Origin: a virus
Taxonomy: Duplodnaviria > Caudoviricetes
Length of the DNA stretch: 64,000 nucleotides
IMG/VR virus record: IMGVR_UViG_3300025909_000005
Direction: 5' to 3' (one strand)
The notes under the pieces are model-generated. The model had not been told where the DNA came from. It made no database searches and was given only the letters and a program-made list of their open reading frames with translations. Both the position numbers and the translations under genes were made by a program. This document shows, one piece after another, positions 1 to 8,836 of this stretch (the first letter of the stretch is position 1; each line of letters begins with the position of its first letter).

Positions 1-1
1 C

Positions 2-823
2 GCTGACTTCGCTCACAACCTGGCAACGAACAACGTCGTCATCACGCTGTACGACACGTCTGACAACTCAGTCGTTACGGCTGACTCGGTCGTTCTGACG
101 AACACGAACACGGTTCGCGTCACCGTTGTTGGCAACACCCGCACCCTGCGCATCGTCGTTGTGGCAAACGGTCTTGCGATCAACACGGCTACCCAGTCAG
201 CTGGCACGATCACGACCGCCCTCTCAGGTGTCAACGTCTCGACGGCCGCCTCTCGACTGAACTTCCAAGGTCAGGCAGTCTCGGTCTCTGATGCTGGCTC
301 AGGCACGACCAACGTTACGATCGGCGCCCGCTTCTCGTACTTCGCCGCGTCGCTTGATTCGCCAATCAACTCCGACTGGGCAGTGAACGCGCTGGCACCA
401 ACAGTCACTGACCCAACGTACCCATCCCTGACGGTTCGCCAGTTCAGCAACACGACCGAACAAGGCGTCGGCCTGCTGCTTTCTATTCCGGCTGGTGCAA
501 CGACTGCAACCTTCCGCTTCCGTGGTCGTGCAGGTGCTGCTCCGGCCTCCGCCTCGGTTGCAGGCATGCGCATCTACCAACGTCTCATCCCTTCAGGTTC
601 CGCTGTCGGTGCTTGGTCGGCTGTCCACGAAATCGGTGAAATCCCACTGCCAGTCACGACGCAGTACTTCCAGTATGCAACCTACACGATCTCACTTGCA
701 ACGCTTGGCATGACCGCCAACAACATGTATCAAGTCGAACTCACGCGCCGCGTCTCTGGAACAACGGGTACAAACCTTGCTGCAAACTTCCTGCTGGCGG
801 AAGTGACAGTGGAGCTCTCGTAA
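2..823 (+). CDS. tail fibre/structural protein, 5'-truncated, carries HNL module
   Basis: Frame is open from position 2 (ADFAHNLATNNVVITLYDTSDNSVV...) into the 161..823 ORF; Thr/Ser/Ala-rich; same HNL module as the 58.6-63.8 kb proteins. Confidence 0.7.
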   Translation, partial: ADFAHNLATNNVVITLYDTSDNSVVTADSVVLTNTNTVRVTVVGNTRTLRIVVVANGLAINTATQSAGTITTALSGVNVSTAASRLNFQGQAVSVSDAGSGTTNVTIGARFSYFAASLDSPINSDWAVNALAPTVTDPTYPSLTVRQFSNTTEQGVGLLLSIPAGATTATFRFRGRAGAAPASASVAGMRIYQRLIPSGSAVGAWSAVHEIGEIPLPVTTQYFQYATYTISLATLGMTANNMYQVELTRRVSGTTGTNLAANFLLAEVTVELS

Positions 824-1515
824 TGGCAGTGGTCTGCAATGCAACCGACTCTCACCTTACGTCAAACGTTGCAGGTCTTCCAAGCGCAGGCAGTCCAATT
901 AGCTTGACGACCTGGATGTCAGGAATCTGGTCAACCGCAACGACCGCCGCGAAGTCGTTTGTAGGCGTGTACGGCCCCGCTACACCCACAACGGCGATTC
1001 AAATTGGCTCACGCACGACGAACGGTACATGCCAGGTCTGGACGTGGGGCGGCGGCGCCATGGTCGCTACACCTGCAATCATGGTCGACAACCAACTGAC
1101 GTTCATTGCCTATACCTATGACGGCACGAACCACAATGTCTACATCAACGGTGTGAATCAAGGAACGTCGACAACGGCTCTGCTTCCAGGTCAGTACACG
1201 ACGTTCTACATCAACGGCTACCCGACCGGGCTGACGAATGAAACTTCCACTCACACGGTTGAAAGCGTTTCGCTCTACAACCGAACTCTGAGTGCAGATG
1301 AAATCATGACGATGTACAACTCACGTGGATTCCGCCACAGCATCGTAAATGGCCTGCTCTCACACTACGAGTTCGATGAGGCCGGTGCTGGTGCAACCGC
1401 CAGCACCATCATCGACCTTGCTTCTACGCCAAGCAACTTGACATGGGCCGGTGCTGGCACGGTCATGACCTATACATACTCTAATGGCGATACTTCTTTG
1501 AGGCCTGTTCTCTAA
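823..1515 (+). CDS. LamG/concanavalin-like domain virion protein
   Basis: LamG pattern: FIAYTYDGTNHNVYING, VSLYNRTLSADEIMTMYN. Confidence 0.75.
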   Translation: MAVVCNATDSHLTSNVAGLPSAGSPISLTTWMSGIWSTATTAAKSFVGVYGPATPTTAIQIGSRTTNGTCQVWTWGGGAMVATPAIMVDNQLTFIAYTYDGTNHNVYINGVNQGTSTTALLPGQYTTFYINGYPTGLTNETSTHTVESVSLYNRTLSADEIMTMYNSRGFRHSIVNGLLSHYEFDEAGAGATASTIIDLASTPSNLTWAGAGTVMTYTYSNGDTSLRPVL

Positions 1516-2303
1516 TGTCAACACATCTTGGTAAAATCTCGTTCCTTGACACCCCTGATGTCAACGGCGATCTCGTGCTCACGAGCACGACAGGTGTCGC
1601 GGCAGGTGGCGTTACTGGCACGTCGAACGCGATCACTGTCACCGGAACAACCAGCCCGATCATCGACATTGCCGACAACCCAATCATTGGTGGCACGGCT
1701 GGCATCTCGATTCCAAGCGGCACGACAGCTCAACGCTCAGGCACTCCCTCGATCGGCACGCTTCGCTTCAACACGTCTCTTGGCATCACAGAAATCTACA
1801 CTGGTAGCTCTTGGGTTCCAGAAGGCAAAGTTCTTCAATCCGTAGCCGGCAGTGTTGGTTCATTTTCCACGACAGCGGTACCCCCTAAGACATCTACATC
1901 CATTCCTTTGACAACCGATGGTGGCGTAACAATCTTTACGCAGGCATTTACACCAATCTCTGCATCATCTAGCATCGTCGTTCAGTTTGCTCTTACAGGT
2001 TATCTTGCTGTTTCAGGTCGAGCAATGTACAGTGCAGTATTTGCTGGCTCCACGTGCATTGGCATGACAACCGTTTCAACTCCAGCTGTCGGCGGAACCC
2101 TCGGCATCGGCACTGTGCCGCTCACGATGCAGTGTGTTTACCAGCCTGGCAACACGACAGCTATCACCTTTACAGGTCGAGTGGGCCACTTGAACGGCAC
2201 CGCCGGCAACACAACAACAGTAGGTGTCAACAACGTCGGTACATCTGGTAATTACGGTGGCGCAGCAAATACTGAATATCGTATCTTGGAGATCCTCTCA
2301 TGA
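1515..2303 (+). CDS. tail fibre protein
   Basis: IPSGTTAQR..GTLRFNT...EIYTGSSW fibre motif; Gly/Thr-rich; followed by chaperone-like gene. Confidence 0.65.
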   Translation: MSTHLGKISFLDTPDVNGDLVLTSTTGVAAGGVTGTSNAITVTGTTSPIIDIADNPIIGGTAGISIPSGTTAQRSGTPSIGTLRFNTSLGITEIYTGSSWVPEGKVLQSVAGSVGSFSTTAVPPKTSTSIPLTTDGGVTIFTQAFTPISASSSIVVQFALTGYLAVSGRAMYSAVFAGSTCIGMTTVSTPAVGGTLGIGTVPLTMQCVYQPGNTTAITFTGRVGHLNGTAGNTTTVGVNNVGTSGNYGGAANTEYRILEILS

Positions 2304-2836
2304 TCACGCTTCCAAACTACATTGACGTACTTGAGGAAAAATATCCGAATCTCAGTGTCACGATTACGGGTGATCCGACAATTTATGGGAACTTGGTTCT
2401 GGTAGATCCGACACAAACCTTGCCTGATCAGCAGACGCTAGACGCAGATCTCCATTCTCTTCTGCAGACTCGCGTCTGGGAAGCCATCAAGGATCTTCGT
2501 GACTACAAGACGCAGAACGGCGGTTCGCACGTTGGCAACTACTGGTATCACTCAGATCAAGCATCTAGAACACAACAAATAGCTCTCGTCATTCTGGGAG
2601 CAAACATTCCCTCTGGCCTGATGTGGAAGACGATGTCTGGTCAATTCGTAAACATGACGCCAACACTTGCCTCACAGGTTTTTGCGGGTGCTGTCACGCT
2701 CGATCAAACAGCTTTTGGCGTGGCAGAGCAACATCGCCAAGCGATGCTTGCATCTGCTGATCCGGCAAACTATGACTTCACTACTGGTTGGCCGCAAACC
2801 TACGATGAAGCCAAGGCGGCTGGCCAAACCCTTTAA
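2300..2836 (+). CDS. DUF4376-type tail fibre assembly protein
   Basis: WYHSDQASRTQQ...WKTMSGQFVNMT...AF..AEQH pattern; directly after fibre gene. Confidence 0.7.
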   Translation: MITLPNYIDVLEEKYPNLSVTITGDPTIYGNLVLVDPTQTLPDQQTLDADLHSLLQTRVWEAIKDLRDYKTQNGGSHVGNYWYHSDQASRTQQIALVILGANIPSGLMWKTMSGQFVNMTPTLASQVFAGAVTLDQTAFGVAEQHRQAMLASADPANYDFTTGWPQTYDEAKAAGQTL

Positions 2837-2845
2837 AAGGAACAC

Positions 2846-3391
2846 ATGCAAATCCTCGTAAGCCCAACACCATTTGATTTTGATGTCTCAAGCATCTCTT
2901 TGATGGGAACTGCTGACTTTGCTTCAGTCTATGAAATTGGAGCACCAATTAACGATGGCGATCCTCTTCCTCCAATGACTGGCTCCCCTGTGTTTGAAGG
3001 TGCGAGTGGCTATCTTGTTGAAGGAACAGACTACACCGTGACAGGTGGGACTTTCAACCTCCTAACACCGCAAACTAATGTTGGCATTTTGTATGTGTCG
3101 GATACCATGCCAACACCCCCAACATCTGTTGACATTGAATTTGAAATTCAATCAACGGATTTTGATGGTGACGTCGGCACCACCTTTTATCTAACAAAGA
3201 CCTTCACTATCATCGACTCTGGCAAGTTGAGTCTGTTCAATCTGCCAGTTTACTACGTCAAGGACTCATTCTCACTCGCAGATCTTGGTGTTACATCACT
3301 GACCATTCCTACAGGCGGAAGCTATCTCATCTCGCAAAACACAATGAGTGTAGTGTCAGTGCTGTCATACGTGATTGGTGATCCTGTCTAA
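2846..3391 (+). CDS. hypothetical structural protein
   Basis: AAGGA SD; beta-rich composition; within structural operon. Confidence 0.55.
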   Translation: MQILVSPTPFDFDVSSISLMGTADFASVYEIGAPINDGDPLPPMTGSPVFEGASGYLVEGTDYTVTGGTFNLLTPQTNVGILYVSDTMPTPPTSVDIEFEIQSTDFDGDVGTTFYLTKTFTIIDSGKLSLFNLPVYYVKDSFSLADLGVTSLTIPTGGSYLISQNTMSVVSVLSYVIGDPV

Positions 3392-3822
3392 TGTCCATCA
3401 ACTTCTGTACTCTCGCTGCGACGACAGTCAACACCTTCTGCGGAAACCAGAGGGCGAAGATTCTCGCGCGCTTGATTACGGAAGCAGGCCATGACATCGT
3501 TGTACCACCAGCACCGCCTCCAATTGGTCACGGCGCGTCTGGTGGTATCGACTTCGTTCCAGCAACTGGCTTCAACCTCCCAACCACGCGTGCTCCGCTG
3601 CCAACGTGGCGTCGCCCTGATGAAGACAAGTTCCAGCAGCCGCTTGAGTCCACTGTCATCTCTGTTTCGGTCAGCGATGCCCTCGGCTTCTCTGGCACAG
3701 ACACGATCCACCTCGACAACCGTCTCGACTTCGTTACTGTCACTGACCTTGAAATTCAACCTTTCGGCCGCGTCCCAGCGTCTGAGGAGGTCACTGTAAA
3801 TATCTCAGAAATGGAGATGTAA
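3391..3822 (+). CDS. hypothetical protein
   Basis: Translationally coupled (TAATG), typical codon usage. Confidence 0.55.
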   Translation: MSINFCTLAATTVNTFCGNQRAKILARLITEAGHDIVVPPAPPPIGHGASGGIDFVPATGFNLPTTRAPLPTWRRPDEDKFQQPLESTVISVSVSDALGFSGTDTIHLDNRLDFVTVTDLEIQPFGRVPASEEVTVNISEMEM

Positions 3823-3824
3823 CC

Positions 3825-4679
3825 ATGCTGCAAATCGGTCAAGCAAACGAAGTCAAGTTCAACGTCAACGTGAGCGGCACCTCCACGACTCCCTCTGTCA
3901 AGCTCATCATCGGTGCTGGCCAGACAGAGCTTGGTTTCAAGGCCGAACCAGTCCTGAATGAACCGAACCGTTGGTTCTCTGAGGTCAAGATCCCTGAGAA
4001 CTTCCAGCCAGGTTCCTACGACTTCCGAGTCGAGGTCCTCCTGAACAATCGCCTCTTCGTACCTGTCAAGAACAAGGTCATGATCGAGAGCCCGACGCCT
4101 GCCGCCGCCACTGAGGAGCAGATCCCTGCGAAGCCAGCAACTCCAACGCAAACGCCAGATCAGACCCACGAGTGGGAAGGTGAAGGCGGTGCACTGCCAG
4201 CTACCAAGGAAATTCCGAAGCCACTGCCACCAGAGCACGTCAATCCACCGACCACGCCCGCTCCGAAGCAGAGCCTGCTCAAGACCTTTGAGAAGGCCGA
4301 CAAGGTCGTCATTCCAGATCCTCGCCGTCTTGACAAGGTGAAGTTCAACACACCATACGCTGAGACCGGTCAAGATGGTTTCCAGCAGCGCCCAGAGCCG
4401 ACTTTCAATGGGCGCAAGACGTCTGATGGTAACGTCAAGCCACCAAAGAAGAAGTACAGCGTCAAGACACCGCTGCCAAAGCCAGGCGTAACACAGACGA
4501 CACCTCTGCCACAGAAGATCAACATGTTGAAGTCTGTGACTCAGGAATCCGCAGCGAAGTTTGACAAGGACCTCGTTGAATCTGGCACGTACGAATCTCC
4601 AGTTCGCGCCACCACATCCATCAATATCACACCAAAGATTCCTGTGACCCTTAAGAAGGGCGAGGTAGTATACGAATGA
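3825..4679 (+). CDS. hypothetical late protein, Pro-rich C-terminal part
   Basis: TAAATA at 3797-3802 and GGAG SD upstream; globular N-terminus then P/K/T-rich region. Confidence 0.6.
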   Translation: MLQIGQANEVKFNVNVSGTSTTPSVKLIIGAGQTELGFKAEPVLNEPNRWFSEVKIPENFQPGSYDFRVEVLLNNRLFVPVKNKVMIESPTPAAATEEQIPAKPATPTQTPDQTHEWEGEGGALPATKEIPKPLPPEHVNPPTTPAPKQSLLKTFEKADKVVIPDPRRLDKVKFNTPYAETGQDGFQQRPEPTFNGRKTSDGNVKPPKKKYSVKTPLPKPGVTQTTPLPQKINMLKSVTQESAAKFDKDLVESGTYESPVRATTSINITPKIPVTLKKGEVVYE

Positions 4680-4825
4680 AGACCTATAGCGACCACGTTG
4701 TAACCAAGGAAGAGCTCAACGCCTTCAAGAAAGAGCAAGAAGACACCAACTACACCCTGAAGGGAATGCTGCTTGCGTCCTTCGTGGTCAATGTCGTTCT
4801 CTCAATCGCGCTCTACCTGCACTGA
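4676..4825 (+). CDS. small single-TM protein (49 aa)
   Basis: ATGA overlap; MKTYSDHVVTKEELNAFKKEQEDTNYTLKGMLLASFVVNVVLSIALYLH; below ORF-track cutoff. Confidence 0.55.
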   Translation: MKTYSDHVVTKEELNAFKKEQEDTNYTLKGMLLASFVVNVVLSIALYLH

Positions 4826-4840
4826 GCTGCACCGGCGACT

Positions 4841-4846
4841 TATAAT
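4841..4846 (+). promoter_or_regulatory. -10 box TATAAT, 6 nt before ATG 4853 (leaderless)
   Basis: TATAAT-cgccgt-ATG, no SD. Confidence 0.55.
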
Positions 4847-4852
4847 CGCCGT

Positions 4853-5170
4853 ATGCGCAAGCTCCTCTTCTATACCCTCCTCCTGCCGATCACCCTCATC
4901 ATGGTGGCCTATGAGCTTCTGCTCTGGCCGATCACGGTGATCCTTTGCCTGCGCGAGGTGCTCTACGCCCTCAGCTCCAGGTTTGAGCACTGGGCCTACA
5001 GGGTGCCGAAGGAGTACTTCATCAACTCGCCGTACAAGCGGACCCTCCGCCAGATCTTTGAAGATTCCTGGTCTGGAGTGAGTTGGGGCATCCTCAATAA
5101 CCGCACCCACTCGGACTACGTTCGAAACGGTGGTGATGCACGAAAGTTGACGCAGAGCGACATTCTTTGA
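4853..5170 (+). CDS. small membrane protein
   Basis: Hydrophobic N-terminal 35 aa. Confidence 0.55.
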   Translation: MRKLLFYTLLLPITLIMVAYELLLWPITVILCLREVLYALSSRFEHWAYRVPKEYFINSPYKRTLRQIFEDSWSGVSWGILNNRTHSDYVRNGGDARKLTQSDIL

Positions 5171-5195
5171 CACGTCTCGCCAGACGTGATATAAT
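5167..5195 (+). promoter_or_regulatory. consensus sigma70 promoter TTGACA-N17-TATAAT
   Basis: Perfect consensus with extended TG; ATG 5202 follows after 6 nt. Confidence 0.85.
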
Positions 5196-5201
5196 GGGCT
5201 C

Positions 5202-5618
5202 ATGAAACACCCTCAAGCCCACATCATCGAGGCGTACGCAGACACCGCGTACCTCTTCCCCTCGCTCGCAGCCCGCGCGTTGTGGGTGGAAAGCAAGCAC
5301 TTCCCCGGCGTCTGGGATCGTACTCACATCGAGTACGTGATCACCCATCCTGAGGGGAACTACGCCATCGGCGAGCGCCCCGCGTCGAAGGAGAAGCCTG
5401 TTCAGCTCAAGCCTGGGCAGACCGTCTACATCAGCGTGCCGTCCGTCGGCAACTTCGTCTTCAACCCTGACGAGTGGAAGCTCATGTCGACGATGTCGCG
5501 TGATCAGCTTCTCATGAAGATTGAGCACGACTTCGGCGGTGACTCGTACTTCGACCACGACCACGCCGAAATCACCGCTGACTACATCCTCCATCGTTTC
5601 CTGAAGGACTCGAAGTGA
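5202..5618 (+). CDS. hypothetical early protein coupled to RNA ligase
   Basis: Starts at predicted TSS; GTGA overlap with ligase. Confidence 0.65.
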   Translation: MKHPQAHIIEAYADTAYLFPSLAARALWVESKHFPGVWDRTHIEYVITHPEGNYAIGERPASKEKPVQLKPGQTVYISVPSVGNFVFNPDEWKLMSTMSRDQLLMKIEHDFGGDSYFDHDHAEITADYILHRFLKDSK

Positions 5619-6805
5619 ACTTCCCGAACATCAGCACCCTGAACGACCTCGTGCCGTTCATCGAATCGAACCCGCAGTTCCGCATCCAGAAGCAGCCGAA
5701 CGGCTTCACGGTCGTTTGCTACATGCTGCAGGACGAGGACACGTTCATCGGCGAGAACGAGGCCTACGCGAAGGAGTGCCGTGGCATCACCTTCGATCGT
5801 GAAGGCAACATCGCGTCGCGCACGCTCCACAAGTTCCAAAACGTCGGCGAGAACGAGCAGACGCAGGAGCACCTGATTCCGTGGCATGACATCGTGCGTG
5901 TCATGGACAAGCGCGACGGCTCGATGATCACCTTCGTGGAGATCGACGGCAAGATCGTCGGCAAGACGAAGAAGACGTTCACATCGGCCGAGGCCATCGC
6001 CGCCACCGAGTTCCTGTACAAGGACCCGGAACGCGTGGAGTGGGTGCGACGCAGCCTGCAGTCGGGCATGACGCCGACCTTCGAGTGGACATCGCCGCGC
6101 TTCCCGATCGTGCTGACGTACGACAAGGACGAGCTGACGCTCCTGCAGGTTCGCGACAACGTGACCGGTGAATACGACATGGACCTCATCTGGTGGGGCG
6201 TTCGAGAGGACTGCAAGAGCATGTGCCCGTTCCCGGTCATCGAGAACATCATCGACCAGTTCACGTGGAAGATGGGCGGCAACGGCGAGGGTCCGTACAC
6301 GGAGGAGTTCGACTTCCCGCGAATGAAGGCGCTGCAGCTCACGAAGACCGGCGTCGAAGGCTGGATCGTGCAGGCGAAGAACGGTGAGATGTGGAAGGTG
6401 AAGACCAAGTGGTACTGCGACCTCCACCACTCGGTGACGTTCACGCGCTGGCGTGACGTGGCCCGCACGGTGCTCGAGGACAAGTCGGACGACCTGAAGG
6501 GCGCCTTCGCCATGACGGGTCGCTCGATCGAGCCGATCCTTGAGGTCGAGCGTCAGATCAAGGAGAAGATCGCCAAGGTGCGTACACGCGTCGAGGAGTT
6601 CGTCGAGATGGGTCGCGTGGCGAACCGTACGCCGAAGGACATGGCACTGGCGCTGAAGGGCGACGCCCACTTCGGTCTGATCATGCGGCTCTTCCGTGGT
6701 CAGGAGATCAACTGGATGGACTGGTTCCTGAAGGAGCACATCAATGACTTCGGTCTTGAGGTGATCCCGACGTCGGTCCAGAACGAGGACACGGAGGCCA
6801 TGTGA
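5615..6805 (+). CDS. rnlA: RNA ligase, T4 Rnl1 family
   Basis: RTLHKFQNVGE, motif I DKRDGSMI, TFEWTSP..PIVLTY, motif IV EGWIV, motif V WKVKTKWY match the T4 Rnl1 layout. Confidence 0.9.
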   Translation: MNFPNISTLNDLVPFIESNPQFRIQKQPNGFTVVCYMLQDEDTFIGENEAYAKECRGITFDREGNIASRTLHKFQNVGENEQTQEHLIPWHDIVRVMDKRDGSMITFVEIDGKIVGKTKKTFTSAEAIAATEFLYKDPERVEWVRRSLQSGMTPTFEWTSPRFPIVLTYDKDELTLLQVRDNVTGEYDMDLIWWGVREDCKSMCPFPVIENIIDQFTWKMGGNGEGPYTEEFDFPRMKALQLTKTGVEGWIVQAKNGEMWKVKTKWYCDLHHSVTFTRWRDVARTVLEDKSDDLKGAFAMTGRSIEPILEVERQIKEKIAKVRTRVEEFVEMGRVANRTPKDMALALKGDAHFGLIMRLFRGQEINWMDWFLKEHINDFGLEVIPTSVQNEDTEAM

Positions 6806-7440
6806 CCGAAGAACGCCATGGTGGAGGTGCTGACGACCAGATGGGTCGCGGCATCTTCATGGTCGTCATCCTGCCCATGCTTCTTATGGGCGCCTTGTCC
6901 TTCTGGCTGGCGATGCGAGCAACCATGGCAGGCGGTAAGTGGTGGCTCGTTCGGCTTCTGGCCTGGCCAGGTGCCTTCCTCGCCACCCAGTTCCTAGGAG
7001 CGTGGATATTGGCGATCAGTGGCTTCATCATTGTCTTCTTCAACCACGACCTAGGGAACTTCCTCTTCGCTAACTCCCTACAGCTCTCAATGTACCCGCT
7101 CATGGTACACGTTCTAGGCTGGCACGATGTCTGGTTCAGTGCAGGTCTAGACCCGATCTGGATCGTCGTCTGGCAGTTCTCGCTCTGGTACATCATGGGC
7201 CGGCACATGCTGAGGGCCTGGACCATTGGAATCTACGACCTGGGTTTCGTCAGGCGGTGCCAAGCTAAGGATGCATCTCCGGGACTTGCGCGCGGAATGC
7301 GCTTAAAACTTGATCGCGGGTATGCAAAAGCGAACGCTTTCTACGCCAAACGTGAGTCAATTCCACTGTTTTCCGCGCTGTTCGTGGCAGCCTGTGGGGA
7401 GAACCCGGTCGATTACTACGAATGCCGCATGAGCCTCTAA
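6802..7440 (+). CDS. multi-pass membrane protein
   Basis: About 4 hydrophobic segments; atypical CTA-rich codon usage. Confidence 0.55.
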   Translation: MTEERHGGGADDQMGRGIFMVVILPMLLMGALSFWLAMRATMAGGKWWLVRLLAWPGAFLATQFLGAWILAISGFIIVFFNHDLGNFLFANSLQLSMYPLMVHVLGWHDVWFSAGLDPIWIVVWQFSLWYIMGRHMLRAWTIGIYDLGFVRRCQAKDASPGLARGMRLKLDRGYAKANAFYAKRESIPLFSALFVAACGENPVDYYECRMSL

Positions 7441-7474
7441 ATAGGACCATACGATCCTATAGGAGAGCTCGAGA

Positions 7475-8122
7475 ATGCGCAAACGTGAACTGATGGGTGA
7501 GAGCGAAGACCTCGCAATCCCCTACGAGATGATCACCCTTCAGTCCCTCGGAGCCTACATGCTCTTCGGCGGGATTGACCAGCAGACGTCCTATGAGACC
7601 TGCGAGTTCATCATCAAGGCGAACCTGATTCAGCAGTCGCGCAACCCACTCAACCTGATCATCAACTCAGAGGGTGGGCACGTCACAGATGGCTTCGCCA
7701 TCATCGACGTCATGGAAACCTCCCGGCTTCCAGTTCAGACCATCGGTACTGGCATGATCGCCTCGATGGCCCTTCTCATTCTCTCAGCTGGCTCCAAGGG
7801 GAACCGCGTGATCACGAAGAACACCGAGATCATGGCCCACCAGTGGTACGGCGGCATGGAAGGAAAGTTCCATGAACTCATGGCCGTAACGAACGAGCAC
7901 CTTCGACTGAAGGAAACGTTCATCACTCACTTCAAGCGCCACTCGAAGATGAACGAGAAGCAGATCGTTGACATCCTCTTCTCGCCATCGGATCGCTGGC
8001 TCACTCCTCAGGAGTGCAAGAAGTACGGCCTCTGCGACAAGGTGACTGAGTTCATTGAGATTCAAGACCCAGTCAAGCCAAAGCGCGTCAGGACTTCCCG
8101 GCGTAGCGCGCCTGGAGCATGA
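7475..8122 (+). CDS. clpP: ClpP-family serine protease
   Basis: INSEGG, catalytic ASM, MAHQ, DRWLTPQE..YGLCD. Confidence 0.9.
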   Translation: MRKRELMGESEDLAIPYEMITLQSLGAYMLFGGIDQQTSYETCEFIIKANLIQQSRNPLNLIINSEGGHVTDGFAIIDVMETSRLPVQTIGTGMIASMALLILSAGSKGNRVITKNTEIMAHQWYGGMEGKFHELMAVTNEHLRLKETFITHFKRHSKMNEKQIVDILFSPSDRWLTPQECKKYGLCDKVTEFIEIQDPVKPKRVRTSRRSAPGA

Positions 8123-8324
8123 GCTCCAGTTTCTGAAGACCTTCGTTGAGGGCCTTCGAGATTGCAGGGTTCTTTGCGAAGGCCCAAGCCTTCTCTTGCA
8201 GCTGTGACTTCACGTCGATGAGCTCGTTAGTGGTGAGCTGGTGCCATGTATCACGTGGTGGAATTGGCTTCTGCGCCTGATCGAGGAAGAACTCACCTTC
8301 ACCTGGCTGTAGACCTGTATCCAT
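8088..8324 (-). CDS. hypothetical late protein
   Basis: AGGAG SD and minus-strand TAAATA (8351-8356) upstream. Confidence 0.55.
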   Translation of the reverse strand: MDTGLQPGEGEFFLDQAQKPIPPRDTWHQLTTNELIDVKSQLQEKAWAFAKNPAISKALNEGLQKLELMLQARYAGKS

Positions 8325-8424
8325 TTACATCTCCTTGTTGACGATGTTACTATTTACTAAGCGCAGAACACAAGCAGAACGTGGACCACAGATAAATAGG
8401 ACATGATCACCAGCTGAGACTAGA

Positions 8425-8793
8425 ATGAAGCTACACCGCGCAATCATCTCCGAAATGACGGGCCCAATCCCTTACGAGCTCACGCTCGGAGAGATCATCT
8501 CTGCTGGCGACACAACAGACAATTACCAGGTTTACGTACTTTCACTCCTATCCGGCTTCTTCGCGTCTGGCCAAAACTTCGCCACGCTGACAGCAGACGG
8601 ACTAGCACCCCTCTCTTCTGACGCGACCTCGACCCGCGCCATAGAGTCCATCAAGAGCCTATCCCCCTCCGACAAGGTGAAGTTGGCAACGTACCTCCTC
8701 GATTGCATCGCGGCAGGCTACTCAGCCCTCCACAACACGTACATGAGCTCCTCTGATTGGATCACTCTCATCCTTCGTGGCAACAACGTATGA
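8425..8793 (+). CDS. hypothetical late protein
   Basis: TAAATA at 8393-8398; N-terminus MKLHRAIISE resembles the candidate internal-protein leaders. Confidence 0.55.
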   Translation: MKLHRAIISEMTGPIPYELTLGEIISAGDTTDNYQVYVLSLLSGFFASGQNFATLTADGLAPLSSDATSTRAIESIKSLSPSDKVKLATYLLDCIAAGYSALHNTYMSSSDWITLILRGNNV

Positions 8794-8836
8794 CACGATG
8801 AGGTGAGCTCTGTCATCCCATTTCCAGGAGGATCTA

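Noticed and set aside
5582-6739. 385-aa minus-strand ORF
   Set aside because: Antisense shadow of the RNA ligase caused by GC3 bias; no SD, promoter or motifs
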